Source of the DNA: Bacteroidota bacterium
Lineage (GTDB): Bacteria > Bacteroidota > Bacteroidia > CAILMK01
Length of the DNA: 64,000 nt
NCBI GenBank assembly: GCA_013288555.1
Contig: JABDBQ010000011.1
Location: 1,820-65,819, forward strand
Reading direction: 5' to 3'
Shown piece by piece: positions 36,131-46,299 of the stretch (positions within the stretch are counted from its first letter, which is position 1; every line of letters begins with the position of its first letter). Below the pieces are notes generated by a model. That model did no database searches and was not told the DNA's origin. It saw nothing but the letters and a program-made list of their open reading frames with translations. Position numbers and translations under genes: made by a program.

Positions 36131-37231
36131 CTACTCATTACCATTTGTAATAATATTCATAAGTTTCGTGTTTATATAGTACATCTCTTTGCCAACTTTA
36201 AGCGGTGTTAAAATCCCGTGTTGTGCTAGTTTTTGTAAATACCCGCTGGCAGTTTGTCTTTTTGCAATTCCCTTATCTTCAAGCACTTTTATTTTGATAT
36301 ACGGATAACTAAAAAGCAGTTCGGTTAAATCAGTAGCTGGTATTTTTTGTGAGATCTTTCTTACTGCATTTAAAGTCTGTTCTTTAAGGTCGAGCATGCT
36401 CTCTATAATATTTAATGTTCTTTGAGCGGTTTCAGTTACAGCATCAAGCATAAAAATAACCCAGTTTTCCCAATTCCCCTTTTCGGTAACTTCTCTAAGG
36501 CAGGTATAATATTCGGTTTTATGCTGAATGATGTAGGCGCTATGGTATAGTACCGGAAGCGTAAGCAAACCTTCCTTAAGCAGGTATAAAACATTTAGTA
36601 TTCTGCCCGTTCTTCCATTACCATCAGCAAAAGGGTGAATTGCCTCAAACTGATAATGCATGAGCGCCATTTTTATAACAGGGTCAACCTCTGACGGTTC
36701 ATTTACAAACCGCTCCCATTGGGCCATCATATCCGCAACATGAACCGGTTCCGGGGGTGTATATATAATTTTCTTGCTGGCTGGATTACCTAACTGCGTA
36801 CCAGGTAATTTGCGGTAGCCTTCCTGTGTATTCTTTATTTTTTGCATGATTTCGATTGCCGTCTTCCCCAAAAGAAGATTGCTATTTGTAGACATTGAAT
36901 CAACCCCAGCATATATTGCATGTTTATATCTCAGCACTTCTTTTGTTTGATGAGGTATCAGGTCATTCGGAGATATGACGGCCTGGTATAGGGCATCCTG
37001 GGTTGTAACGATATTTTCAATGGCGCTGCTGTCTTTGCTCTCCTGCATCACAACCGTATTGATCAGAATTTGTGGATCAGGTAATCTTTGACATGACCAT
37101 TTCAATCCTGCAAGGTATTTATTGGCTTCAATAGCTTTCTTTAGTATCTCTTTTGTCTCTAATTCCCTTGCAGGAGGCAATTCAGGGAGATTATTGTATG
37201 GTGTTTCAGAATTTGTCCACATTATGTTCAT
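36131..37231 (-). CDS. Fic family protein (SoFic-like AMPylase)
   Basis: PYNNLPELPP, SSAIENI inhibitory-like motif, HPFADGNGRTGR, C-terminal wHTH RQTASGYL. Confidence 0.9.
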   Translation of the reverse strand: MNIMWTNSETPYNNLPELPPARELETKEILKKAIEANKYLAGLKWSCQRLPDPQILINTVVMQESKDSSAIENIVTTQDALYQAVISPNDLIPHQTKEVLRYKHAIYAGVDSMSTNSNLLLGKTAIEIMQKIKNTQEGYRKLPGTQLGNPASKKIIYTPPEPVHVADMMAQWERFVNEPSEVDPVIKMALMHYQFEAIHPFADGNGRTGRILNVLYLLKEGLLTLPVLYHSAYIIQHKTEYYTCLREVTEKGNWENWVIFMLDAVTETAQRTLNIIESMLDLKEQTLNAVRKISQKIPATDLTELLFSYPYIKIKVLEDKGIAKRQTASGYLQKLAQHGILTPLKVGKEMYYINTKLMNIITNGNE

Positions 37232-37369
37232 ATTTTAAACATGTATCTGGCAAATGTACACATTCCGCACAAAATGTGTACACGTCTGTGACATATCTTT
37301 ATCTAATCGACATATTCTATCTAACACATCACCGTCATAGTGACAACAAATTCCAAAAAAAATGAGTCT

Positions 37370-37454
37370 ATAACTCATTGAATAAATATAAGTTAAAAAA
37401 CATTTTTCCAAAACACCCACCCACTTTGGCATCTCACTATATATGTACATAAAA
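37370..37454 (+). promoter_or_regulatory. Dispersed motif P, copy C
   Basis: TAACTCATTGAAT...CACCCACCCACTTTGGCATCTCACTATATATGTACAT, colinear with copies A and B. Confidence 0.7.
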
Positions 37455-37560
37455 GCCGGGACCAAGAAGTTATCGTTTCGGTATCGCTCTTTATTTATTG
37501 AAAGGAATCAGTGTTTAGGCAAATTGGCCCAGCCTTCGTCGAGACTACAGCAGGCAATGA

Positions 37561-37766
37561 AAGATAAACCTGCGTTTTTTGCTATTCTGGATTGATCTTT
37601 CCCTGTTATCTATTGATATTTGTCAATGAGTTACGTGCATGAAGCTTAAAATCAATGAGTTGAAAATCGCAAAAAAAATGTAATCATTGTTTATCAATCC
37701 AGAATAGTCAAAAAGGCCGTTTTTGGGAAATTATCAATAGAAAACAATAAAAAAGGGCATTTTGAG
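37561..37766. repeat. Dispersed element D, copy 2
   Basis: Homologous to 6961-7162; perfect 15 bp inverted repeat 37582-37596 / 37693-37707; IHF consensus AATCAATGAGTTG at 37650-37662. Confidence 0.75.
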
Positions 37767-37780
37767 GAATCAGATCTCTC

Positions 37781-39481
37781 CTATGGCCGAGATGACAAAA
37801 TCATCTTTTTCACATCCTGGATACTGACCATATTCGTAAAATCCAGTTCCAGTATAGCAGGCTTGCCTTTGGTCGCTAAGAAATCATTGAGTGTCTGACT
37901 GTAATCCTCTAATTTATTGCAAAATAAATAATTACAGTTATGCTGCAAGGCTATATGCTCAAAATTAAGTGGCTGTTTCACTGCAAAATATTCTTCCAGT
38001 TCTTTCTGAGCTTTTGCGCCGGGTAGGGTACGGAAAATACCGCCGCCGTGATTATTAAATACAACGATTTTCAGGTTGTCCCTGAGATAGTTGTTCCATA
38101 ATCCGTTACTGTCATACATAAAACCCAGGTCTCCTACAATAAGTACATGATTGCGATCATCTACCATGGATTGTCCTGCTGTAGAACTTACCGTTCCATC
38201 AATACCACTGGTACCACGATTGGAATAGATTTCGATATCCGGATTGATGAACGGAAATACGGAAGCATACCTGACCGGCAAACTGTTACCCAAATGCAGA
38301 ACTGTATTTTTTTCTAATTTGAAAACGATCTCATAAGCTGCACGTATTTCACTGAATTCCAATGATTCAATAACTTTTTGCGAAGCTGTTTTTAGCTCTG
38401 AATCTTTCTTAGACCATAGGGTGAAATATTCGTTATTGAACTTGATAATATCATTCGATGCCAAGGCCTTGAAAAATGCCGGTGCACTGAAATCAAATAC
38501 ATTCGTTAATTTCTGAAAAGTATCAGCAGAAGATGAGTGTCCGCTCAGGTACCAGTGTTCTTTGATAGACTTGCCTTTAAGGAAATTTTTCAGGGTTTTG
38601 GAGACGATCGGTCCGCCGAAACTGATGACCAATTCTGGAGAAAAATTCTCTTTCTCCGTCGTTGATAATGAGTCAATAACCAATTCTGCAAAAGATACGG
38701 AGCCGGGGATATTTACCAGGTTGGAAGTGATATCGGGAACAAATACGAGATTTTTATTCGCGCATGCTTTTGTAACGGCTTCTTTTAGTGAAGGGTTTAC
38801 TCTGTGCGTACCAGCAATAACCAGGATCTTATTGAATTTCCCAAGTCTTTCAAATATCTCTAACGGAACTGTCTTATCTGCAGATTCCAGTTTAATGATC
38901 TTAGGGTTTAATCCACTGAAGTCAGGCTCAGTATCCAGGTACAAAGGCTCTCTTAAAGGTACATTAATGTGTACCGGTCCTTTGGGTTGCTGGTTCGCTG
39001 TATTCAGTGCTTCATTTACTATTCTTATGGCAAACCATTCAGAATCAGGGTGCGAAAATTCTGTCTGGAAAGTATAGGTATTCTTCACATGTTTGCCATA
39101 CAGATTTGCCTGGTATATCGCCTGGTTATCAGCCTGCCCGATCCATTCAGCCGGACGATCTGCGGTAAATACGATCAATGGTATTTCACAGAAAAATGCT
39201 TCCGCAACAGCAGGTGCAAAATTGAGTGCTGCCGTACCTGATGTACAAACCAATGCCACAGGTTTTTTTGATTGTCTCGCGATTCCTAATGCCGTATAAG
39301 CCGCTGATCTTTCATCCGGAATGACATAATGTTTAATCCCCTCAAACCGCATGAAACTCAAAGCCAGCGGCGCACTCCGCGATCCCGGACATAGCACCAC
39401 ATTTTCTACCCCGTGGGCTTTACATACCTGTACTGCCTGATGGAGTATCTCGTACGTTTTTATGGTGTCCCGGTTGTCCAA
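37781..39481 (-). CDS. menD: SEPHCHC synthase (menaquinone biosynthesis)
   Basis: CPGSRSAPL, DERSA, CTSGTAALN, TADRP, NRGTSGIDG, GDL...NNHGGGIF. Confidence 0.95.
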   Translation of the reverse strand: MDNRDTIKTYEILHQAVQVCKAHGVENVVLCPGSRSAPLALSFMRFEGIKHYVIPDERSAAYTALGIARQSKKPVALVCTSGTAALNFAPAVAEAFFCEIPLIVFTADRPAEWIGQADNQAIYQANLYGKHVKNTYTFQTEFSHPDSEWFAIRIVNEALNTANQQPKGPVHINVPLREPLYLDTEPDFSGLNPKIIKLESADKTVPLEIFERLGKFNKILVIAGTHRVNPSLKEAVTKACANKNLVFVPDITSNLVNIPGSVSFAELVIDSLSTTEKENFSPELVISFGGPIVSKTLKNFLKGKSIKEHWYLSGHSSSADTFQKLTNVFDFSAPAFFKALASNDIIKFNNEYFTLWSKKDSELKTASQKVIESLEFSEIRAAYEIVFKLEKNTVLHLGNSLPVRYASVFPFINPDIEIYSNRGTSGIDGTVSSTAGQSMVDDRNHVLIVGDLGFMYDSNGLWNNYLRDNLKIVVFNNHGGGIFRTLPGAKAQKELEEYFAVKQPLNFEHIALQHNCNYLFCNKLEDYSQTLNDFLATKGKPAILELDFTNMVSIQDVKKMILSSRP

Positions 39482-39616
39482 TTTTCAATGATCAATAAGA
39501 TTTGGATGAATCTATGAAGAAATCAGATTTCTCTCCCTAGCATTCGGGATCGAAATGACAATAAGATTCAAAAAAAACTTGCGTCAGCCCAAATATCAAA
39601 TTTCAAATCACAAATT

Positions 39617-40171
39617 TCACTTCTTCAGCTTCATCCATTGTTTACGGTATCCTTCTTCAAATACATTCACGTGTTCTGAAGGAGGGGTTACCGGTTCTAC
39701 CAGTTTGTCTTTGCCGTAAATGAATGTGCCACGGTCGTAGTTGGCGCTGGCAATGCTATTGCTCAGGAATATCGCTTCTTTTGGGCAAGCTTCTTCGCAG
39801 AGTCCGCAGAAGATACAGCGCAACATATTGATCTCGTATTTAGCAGCATATTTTTCTTCACGATATAAGCCAACTTCGTTTGGCTTACGCTCAGCGGCTT
39901 CCATGGTGATGGCTTCGGCGGGACAAGCCAGCGCGCACAAACCACATGCTGTGCAGCGCTCAGCGCCGTTCTCATCCCTTTTAAGGATATGCACGCCGCG
40001 CCATACAGAACTGAAAGGTTTTTTCACTTCAGGGTACCTGATGGTAGGCACTTTTTTGAACATGTGCTTAAACGTGATCGCCATGCCTTTGAGTATCCCT
40101 GGCAAATAGGTTTTCTCCATACCTTGCAGGGCATGGGTGTCAACTTTTTTGGAACGGTTCGTAAGTTGCAT
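39617..40171 (-). CDS. nuoI: NADH-quinone oxidoreductase subunit I
   Basis: Two CxxCxxCxxxCP 4Fe-4S motifs. Confidence 0.95.
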   Translation of the reverse strand: MQLTNRSKKVDTHALQGMEKTYLPGILKGMAITFKHMFKKVPTIRYPEVKKPFSSVWRGVHILKRDENGAERCTACGLCALACPAEAITMEAAERKPNEVGLYREEKYAAKYEINMLRCIFCGLCEEACPKEAIFLSNSIASANYDRGTFIYGKDKLVEPVTPPSEHVNVFEEGYRKQWMKLKK

Positions 40172-40176
40172 GTATC

Positions 40177-41238
40177 TTATTTGAAGAGGTTTTGTATGAA
40201 TAAAATGCCACCGCCTGTGAGGACGATATTCAGGATGGAAAGTGGTATCAATACCTGCCAGCCGAGGCGCATGAGTTGATCATAGCGGAAACGCGGCAAT
40301 GTCCAGCGTACCCACATGAATATGAAAATAAAGATAAAGATCTTGGCAAAAAACACCCCTACCGCGATGAGCGATACCAGGTTGGCATTCATTACTTCGG
40401 CCAGCTTATCGATATAAGGGAAATTGTATCCGCCAAAATAAAGCGTGGCCATAATAGCTGAAGACACGAACATATTAATATACTCAGAAAACAGGTACAT
40501 ACCCAGTTTCATAGAACTATATTCTGTATGGTATCCCCCTATCAATTCCGTTTCACATTCCGGCAGGTCGAATGGCGCCCTGTTGGTTTCAGCAAAAGCA
40601 CAAATGATAAAGAGAAAAAATCCCAGCGGCTGGAAAATAATATTCCAACGCATACCATGCCAGGCGCTTTGCTGGGTAACGATATGATTCAAAGAAAGCG
40701 AACCGGTCACCATCAATAGTGCTATGATCGCAAGACCCATAGCCAACTCGTAGCTGATCATTTGCGAAGAAGCCCTGATAGCACCAAGCAATGAAAATTT
40801 ATTGTTGGATGCCCATCCACCGATCATCACACCATATACACCAAGGCTCACGATACCAAGTACATAAAGGATACCAACATTGATATCGGCTACCTGAAGT
40901 GGAACCAATGTTCCATTTATGGTAATATTCGGGCCCCAGGGAATCACGGCGCTGGTCATCAATGCGGTAAGCATCGCCAGCGAAGGACCAAGAATAAACA
41001 AAAATTTATTGGATGTAGCCGGGATGATTTCTTCTTTCATAAAGAATTTGCCTCCGTCGGCCAATGGCTGGAGGATACCCCACGGACCTGCACGGTCGGG
41101 GCCAACCCTGTCCTGCATTACCGCTGCAATCTTACGTTCGCCATAGGTGCTATACATCGCGATCACCAGGGTTATGGTAAAGACCAACACCACCAATACT
41201 ATTTTAAAAAACAATGCGCTTACAAAAAATGCTGCCAT
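40177..41238 (-). CDS. nuoH: NADH-quinone oxidoreductase subunit H
   Basis: ERKIAA.MQDRVGP, QPLADGGK, ETNRAPFDLPE, RFRYDQLM. Confidence 0.96.
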   Translation of the reverse strand: MAAFFVSALFFKIVLVVLVFTITLVIAMYSTYGERKIAAVMQDRVGPDRAGPWGILQPLADGGKFFMKEEIIPATSNKFLFILGPSLAMLTALMTSAVIPWGPNITINGTLVPLQVADINVGILYVLGIVSLGVYGVMIGGWASNNKFSLLGAIRASSQMISYELAMGLAIIALLMVTGSLSLNHIVTQQSAWHGMRWNIIFQPLGFFLFIICAFAETNRAPFDLPECETELIGGYHTEYSSMKLGMYLFSEYINMFVSSAIMATLYFGGYNFPYIDKLAEVMNANLVSLIAVGVFFAKIFIFIFIFMWVRWTLPRFRYDQLMRLGWQVLIPLSILNIVLTGGGILFIQNLFK

Positions 41239-41239
41239 A

Positions 41240-42226
41240 TTAGTTTTGCACCTCCTCAGTTTTTGCGGCCATTAAACTTCTTTTATTTCCGGGTTTCAGC
41301 AATCCCTGGTAGGGTGCATCGTAATGGTTTTGCCCGATCACAGAATGCCGGTTGATGGTGCGCGGACCTTCTATCACCCAGTCACCCATTTCTTTTTTCT
41401 CAAACCTGCAAGTGTTGCAGATGAACTCTTCCAGTTCGCCATAGGTATCCTTTCGGCCTGTGACACGGTATATTTCATTGCCATGGTTCCAGAGAACCAC
41501 TTTACCGCTGCAGGTCGGGCATTCGCGGTGGGCATCAAATGGTTTGGTAAACCATACCCGGCTCTTGAAACGGAATGTATTATCAGTAAGCGCTCCCACA
41601 GGACAAACATCTATCATGTTGCCGGAGAACTCATTATCTATCGAATTTTCAATATAAGTGCTTATCTCGCTCACTTCACCGCGCCACATGATACCATGAA
41701 CCCGGTTTGGGGTCAGCTGGTCGGCCACCATGGTGCAACGGTAGCACAAAATACAGCGGGTCATATGCAGTTTGATATAAGGACCGATATCAATTGGTTT
41801 AAAAGTTCTGCGGCCTTCCTGGTAGCGGGTACCTTCGCGGCCATGCTCGAAACCGAGGTCCTGCAAATGACATTCGCCTGCCTGGTCGCAAATGGGGCAA
41901 TCAAGAGGATGGTTCAGCAACAGGAATTCCACCACGCCTCTGCGTGCTTCGAGTACTTCCTGGGAAAGTAAGTTTTCCACCACCATGCCGTCCTGCACCG
42001 GGGTAACGCAACTGGCTACCAGCTTGGGCATGGGACGAGGGTCCTTTTCGGAACCAGCCGCCACCCGAACCAGGCAAACACGGCATTTGCCGCCGCTGCC
42101 CTTAAGTTTAGAATAGTAGCACATGGCGGGCGGCACATGATGCCCCCCTATTTTGCGGGCCGCCTGGAGAATGGATGTCCCCGGTTCAACCTCTGTCTGA
42201 ACGCCGTCTATGGTTACTTTAAACAT
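41240..42226 (-). CDS. nuoG: NADH-quinone oxidoreductase subunit G (short, Fe-S part only)
   Basis: CRVCLV, HPLDCPICDQAGECHLQD, CILCYRC, DVCPVGAL. Confidence 0.9.
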   Translation of the reverse strand: MFKVTIDGVQTEVEPGTSILQAARKIGGHHVPPAMCYYSKLKGSGGKCRVCLVRVAAGSEKDPRPMPKLVASCVTPVQDGMVVENLLSQEVLEARRGVVEFLLLNHPLDCPICDQAGECHLQDLGFEHGREGTRYQEGRRTFKPIDIGPYIKLHMTRCILCYRCTMVADQLTPNRVHGIMWRGEVSEISTYIENSIDNEFSGNMIDVCPVGALTDNTFRFKSRVWFTKPFDAHRECPTCSGKVVLWNHGNEIYRVTGRKDTYGELEEFICNTCRFEKKEMGDWVIEGPRTINRHSVIGQNHYDAPYQGLLKPGNKRSLMAAKTEEVQN

Positions 42227-42564
42227 GTTTGTGAATCCCTATATAACGTTTCCTTTTACGAAGCAGATGCAAATTTAGGACTTATTTAAGTGCGTGATAT
42301 GGGTTAGAAACTATTTTCCTGAAATAGATGAAATTGCTTTAAAAGCTGATTTTTGTCAATGGTCAATTGCTCTAAAGATGGTAAATGTTACATTCCCTTA
42401 AACAAAGAAAGGAAATGGAGCATTACAGTCGTTCTCCGGATCAAAAAATACCAACCCGGGCCTTCGTGCTCAAGATTCAAATTTCAAATGACCAATGAAT
42501 CAAATATGGCTGTATTTTTGTTGCTTGTCTTAAATGGACATCCCCTGAATACAGGTAAACCCTT

Positions 42565-44397
42565 ATGAAATATATATTTTCACTCTTTCTGGTTTTTGCT
42601 ATCGCATTACTGTTACCATATAAGTTATTGGCCCAGACGAATCTTGAAGAATCTCTTGCGGCACAGTATTACCAGACCGGCGAATTTGCCAAGGCAGCCG
42701 TGCTATATAAAAAACTCATGGATAATTCTCCTGGAAATGCGTTATACTATGACTCATACCTGAACTGCCTGCTGAACCAGAAGGATTATAAAACAGCAGA
42801 AAAGGAACTGAAAAAGCTCACAAAAAAGCGGAACAGTGTTGATGAACTGAAGTATGAAGTAGACCTTGGATATGTTTACGGGCTAGATAGCATGGATAAA
42901 GAAAAGATATCGCTGTATGACAAGATTATCAGCGGATTGAAGGCCGATCCCGGAGAAATACAATTTACGGCAGCAGATTTTGAGCACAGAGATCAGAAGG
43001 ACTATGCCATAAAGGCCTATGAAAGAGGACGTAAGCTGTTGCGGGATAAAGATGTTTTTGGCATGGAACTCGGAGCCTTGTATAGCGATACAAAGGACTA
43101 CCAGCATATGTTTGATGAATACCTCCAGTTATTGAATAAAAATCCTTTTGAACTAGAGGCTGTTGAGAATTATATGCAGGATGCAGTGAATAATGACCAG
43201 GCCTATGATATCCTGAGAAAGATGGTTCTCAAGCGTGCCCAGGCCGAACCGGAAAGCATTACCTATTCGAATTTGCTGATATGGCTTTTTATACAGCGCA
43301 AAGATTTTAATTCAGCGTACATCCAGGAAAAAGCTATTGACAAAAGGCTGCATATGGGTGGACAGCTATTGATAACCCTGGCCCCCATGGTTATCCAGTA
43401 CCGAGATTTTGACCTTGCACAAAAAATTTACCAGACCGTTATCGATCTAGGGCAGGAAGAACCGTACTATGTCATTGCCCGTCAGGGAATGCTTGACATC
43501 AGTTATACCAAGATAACACAGAGCGCCAATTATTCTGATTCGGATGTGGTAAGTCTGATAAGTGCCTATAATAAGTTCCTTGATGTATATGGTTCTCAAC
43601 GTCGTGAAAGTGGCGAAGTAGTTTTGCGTATGGCAGAGATGTATGCATTGTACAATAAACAACCTGACAAAGCTATAGAAGTACTTAAAAGCTATATCAG
43701 GAATGAAGGTATTGAAAAAATGCTGATAGCCAAGGCAAAACTTGCCCTTGGAGACTACAGTTTGCTTAGTGGCCTTACCTGGGATGCTTCTTTATATTAT
43801 TCACAGGTAGAAAAAATGTATGAAGATGAGCCCATGGGGCATGAGGCTAAGTTCAGGAATGCGAAATTGTTTTTTTATACCGGTGACTTTGCTTTTGCAA
43901 AAGCCGACCTGGATATTCTTAAAAGTTCTACTTCAGAACTCATTGCCAACGACGCCATGCAGCTGGCCCTCGAAATAGAAGAAAATACAGGACTTGATTC
44001 TACCGAAAAGCCATTGAAACTTTTTGCTGAAGCTGATTTCCTGGCTTATAAATACCAGTTCGATAAAGCAGAAGTATTACTCGATTCCATAAATGCAAAA
44101 TACCCGGGCAATTCGCTTGACGATGATGTCCTTATGATGCGCGGTGATATATCATTTAAGAAAAGGGATTATAATAAAGCACTTGGGTTTTACCAGAAAG
44201 TCTATACCGATTTTGGCGAAGATGTACTGGGAGATGTTGCCATGTTTAAAGCTGCCGAACTTGAAGAGAGATACCTGAATGATCCAGTGAAGGCCAAGGA
44301 CTTGTATGAAAAGCTGATCCTTACTTATCATGGCAGCGTGTATGCTGTAGAGGCCCGTAACAGGTTCAGGAGATTAAGAGGAGATGTGGTGAATTAG
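42565..44397 (+). CDS. Periplasmic tetratricopeptide repeat protein
   Basis: Signal peptide plus many TPR-like helical repeats; C-terminal RFRRLRGD. Confidence 0.8.
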   Translation: MKYIFSLFLVFAIALLLPYKLLAQTNLEESLAAQYYQTGEFAKAAVLYKKLMDNSPGNALYYDSYLNCLLNQKDYKTAEKELKKLTKKRNSVDELKYEVDLGYVYGLDSMDKEKISLYDKIISGLKADPGEIQFTAADFEHRDQKDYAIKAYERGRKLLRDKDVFGMELGALYSDTKDYQHMFDEYLQLLNKNPFELEAVENYMQDAVNNDQAYDILRKMVLKRAQAEPESITYSNLLIWLFIQRKDFNSAYIQEKAIDKRLHMGGQLLITLAPMVIQYRDFDLAQKIYQTVIDLGQEEPYYVIARQGMLDISYTKITQSANYSDSDVVSLISAYNKFLDVYGSQRRESGEVVLRMAEMYALYNKQPDKAIEVLKSYIRNEGIEKMLIAKAKLALGDYSLLSGLTWDASLYYSQVEKMYEDEPMGHEAKFRNAKLFFYTGDFAFAKADLDILKSSTSELIANDAMQLALEIEENTGLDSTEKPLKLFAEADFLAYKYQFDKAEVLLDSINAKYPGNSLDDDVLMMRGDISFKKRDYNKALGFYQKVYTDFGEDVLGDVAMFKAAELEERYLNDPVKAKDLYEKLILTYHGSVYAVEARNRFRRLRGDVVN

Positions 44398-44482
44398 AGG
44401 GGTTGGGAGACAGGAATTAGGATTCAGGAATCTGAAGAATAAAAGCTATTATTAATTAGAAACCGGAAACAATACTAATTCT

Positions 44483-45199
44483 CTAATTTACCGTAATTTT
44501 TGCAGAAGTAATATTCGTCACACCACTGGTATTGGCGACCGTAAATTCCAGAACAATGATATCGCCAACATTGCTGGTTGCAGGCACTCCGTATTTGTAT
44601 ATTGTAGTCACAGATTTTTGAGTTCCCGGAAAAGGGACACTGGGAAGATTGGTTGATGAGCTGCTGTTTATCACCTGGGCTACATTAAGTGTCTGGATAA
44701 ATTTGTCAGGAGATTTCATGACGACATTAAAAGACAGGCTATCCTTTGCATGCGCTGTTGTACTACCCGGTGTAACCACAATTGAAGGCCTGCTGCCTGT
44801 TACAGTTATGGTTGCCGTTTTAGTAGTAGCATTGCCGTTACCATCCGTTATTGTAAAAGTTATTATTGACTGTTGACCTCTAACTGCCGTGTCAGGAATT
44901 GTATATATAAAATTCTGATCCATAACCGGTTTTGTGGTTGGAAGGGTAGAATCTTTAGCGGTAATTTTTGTATTTGTAAGATATTGTGTGAAAATTTGAA
45001 TCCGTTTAATGCCATTGGCCGCTGTCACAGAATAATCAATGGAAACCTGGCTGTTTGCATAACCTGAATCAGAAGAAGGGGTCAAAACCAATATAGGGCT
45101 GTTTATTACAGGGACAATATTATTGGTTTTGGCACATGAATATATCAGTGAGACCAGAGCAATGACGAAGGAATATTTTATGAATGTTTTTATAGACAT
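44483..45199 (-). CDS. Lipoprotein with Ig-like beta domains
   Basis: Lipobox IYSC; Thr-rich beta strands. Confidence 0.65.
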   Translation of the reverse strand: MSIKTFIKYSFVIALVSLIYSCAKTNNIVPVINSPILVLTPSSDSGYANSQVSIDYSVTAANGIKRIQIFTQYLTNTKITAKDSTLPTTKPVMDQNFIYTIPDTAVRGQQSIITFTITDGNGNATTKTATITVTGSRPSIVVTPGSTTAHAKDSLSFNVVMKSPDKFIQTLNVAQVINSSSSTNLPSVPFPGTQKSVTTIYKYGVPATSNVGDIIVLEFTVANTSGVTNITSAKITVN

Positions 45200-45366
45200 A
45201 CGTTAAACTATTTAAGAATTAGGAACTCCAAATTTAAGGAAATATTGATTTTTCAATAGAAATTATAATGTACAACACAAAAGATAAGGCATCTGTTCAA
45301 ACTTTGTTTGTAGATTTGTTCCTGAACCTCATTTCAGTGTAAAAAAACCAGGTTATAGAAGATAAA

Positions 45367-46299
45367 ATGAAGTATTTGATTATAATATCCTTCACGCTCA
45401 TATTGATTGCCTCCTCTTTCTGGGGTTGTCAGAAAGAAGATCTGGGCAATCTTGATGGCATATTTTCAGATACGACGCAAGCAGGTCCCGTATCGCAGAT
45501 GAACGCCAGGATTAGTGGTATCCCCTGGGCCGCTACTTCATACACCATCTCTTTGACGCCAGGAACGCCGGGCCAGATCATTATTTCAGGACAATCAGAC
45601 AATGGACAGACCATTACCCTTGTCGTAGCGAATTCTAAACCCGGAGATTATCTTATTGCTGCAAAGTCTCCAAGCGTGGCATATTATTCTCCTGACACTT
45701 CTGCCACAATTGTTTATAAATCAAATGACACGCTTACAACCGGAGGTGTTATCAATATAGATTCAATAGACACTGCAAATCTTGTTATGTCGGGTGAGTT
45801 TAATTTTATAGGAGGTACTCCGGGTTCAAAAACAAGAGCAACCATTACAGATGGCAATTTTATAAATCTTGGTTATATAAATACTGCTGCCAATACCCAG
45901 TTTGCTGCAAAAGTAAACCAGAAAACCTGGCTTCCTCAAAAAGTTTCAACCAGTGTATCAGCTACCAATGTGCTTACTATTACGGCAGTAAATGCTGATG
46001 GAACCGAAATGATATTAAGTTTCCCTGCCGGAATTCTGGCTTCTAAAACAGCATATCCATTGACATCCTCAGGGGCTTATACTGCCTTGTATGAAGATAA
46101 TGGCACAAATCTTGTCCCGGATGTTTTATCAACCCACAACACACCTAAAATTGCTTGTAGTCTGAGGATTACTTCTAATACAAAAACCGGATCTCCCAGG
46201 AATATCAAAGGCACATTCCTGTTTTATGCGGTGCCTTCAAATTCTTTAACTTCAAAAGGATCGAGAATTACATTCGGACAGTTTAATGTCAATTACTGA
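45367..46299 (+). CDS. Lipoprotein (DUF6252-like duplicated domain)
   Basis: Lipobox FWGC; repeated A.I.G..W / A.VN.K.W and G.F.F...IT.G.F motifs. Confidence 0.6.
   Translation: MKYLIIISFTLILIASSFWGCQKEDLGNLDGIFSDTTQAGPVSQMNARISGIPWAATSYTISLTPGTPGQIIISGQSDNGQTITLVVANSKPGDYLIAAKSPSVAYYSPDTSATIVYKSNDTLTTGGVINIDSIDTANLVMSGEFNFIGGTPGSKTRATITDGNFINLGYINTAANTQFAAKVNQKTWLPQKVSTSVSATNVLTITAVNADGTEMILSFPAGILASKTAYPLTSSGAYTALYEDNGTNLVPDVLSTHNTPKIACSLRITSNTKTGSPRNIKGTFLFYAVPSNSLTSKGSRITFGQFNVNY

Noticed and set aside
39617-42226. Short nuoG and isolated nuoGHI as a novelty
   Set aside because: Short NuoG and split nuo operons are common in Bacteroidetes.
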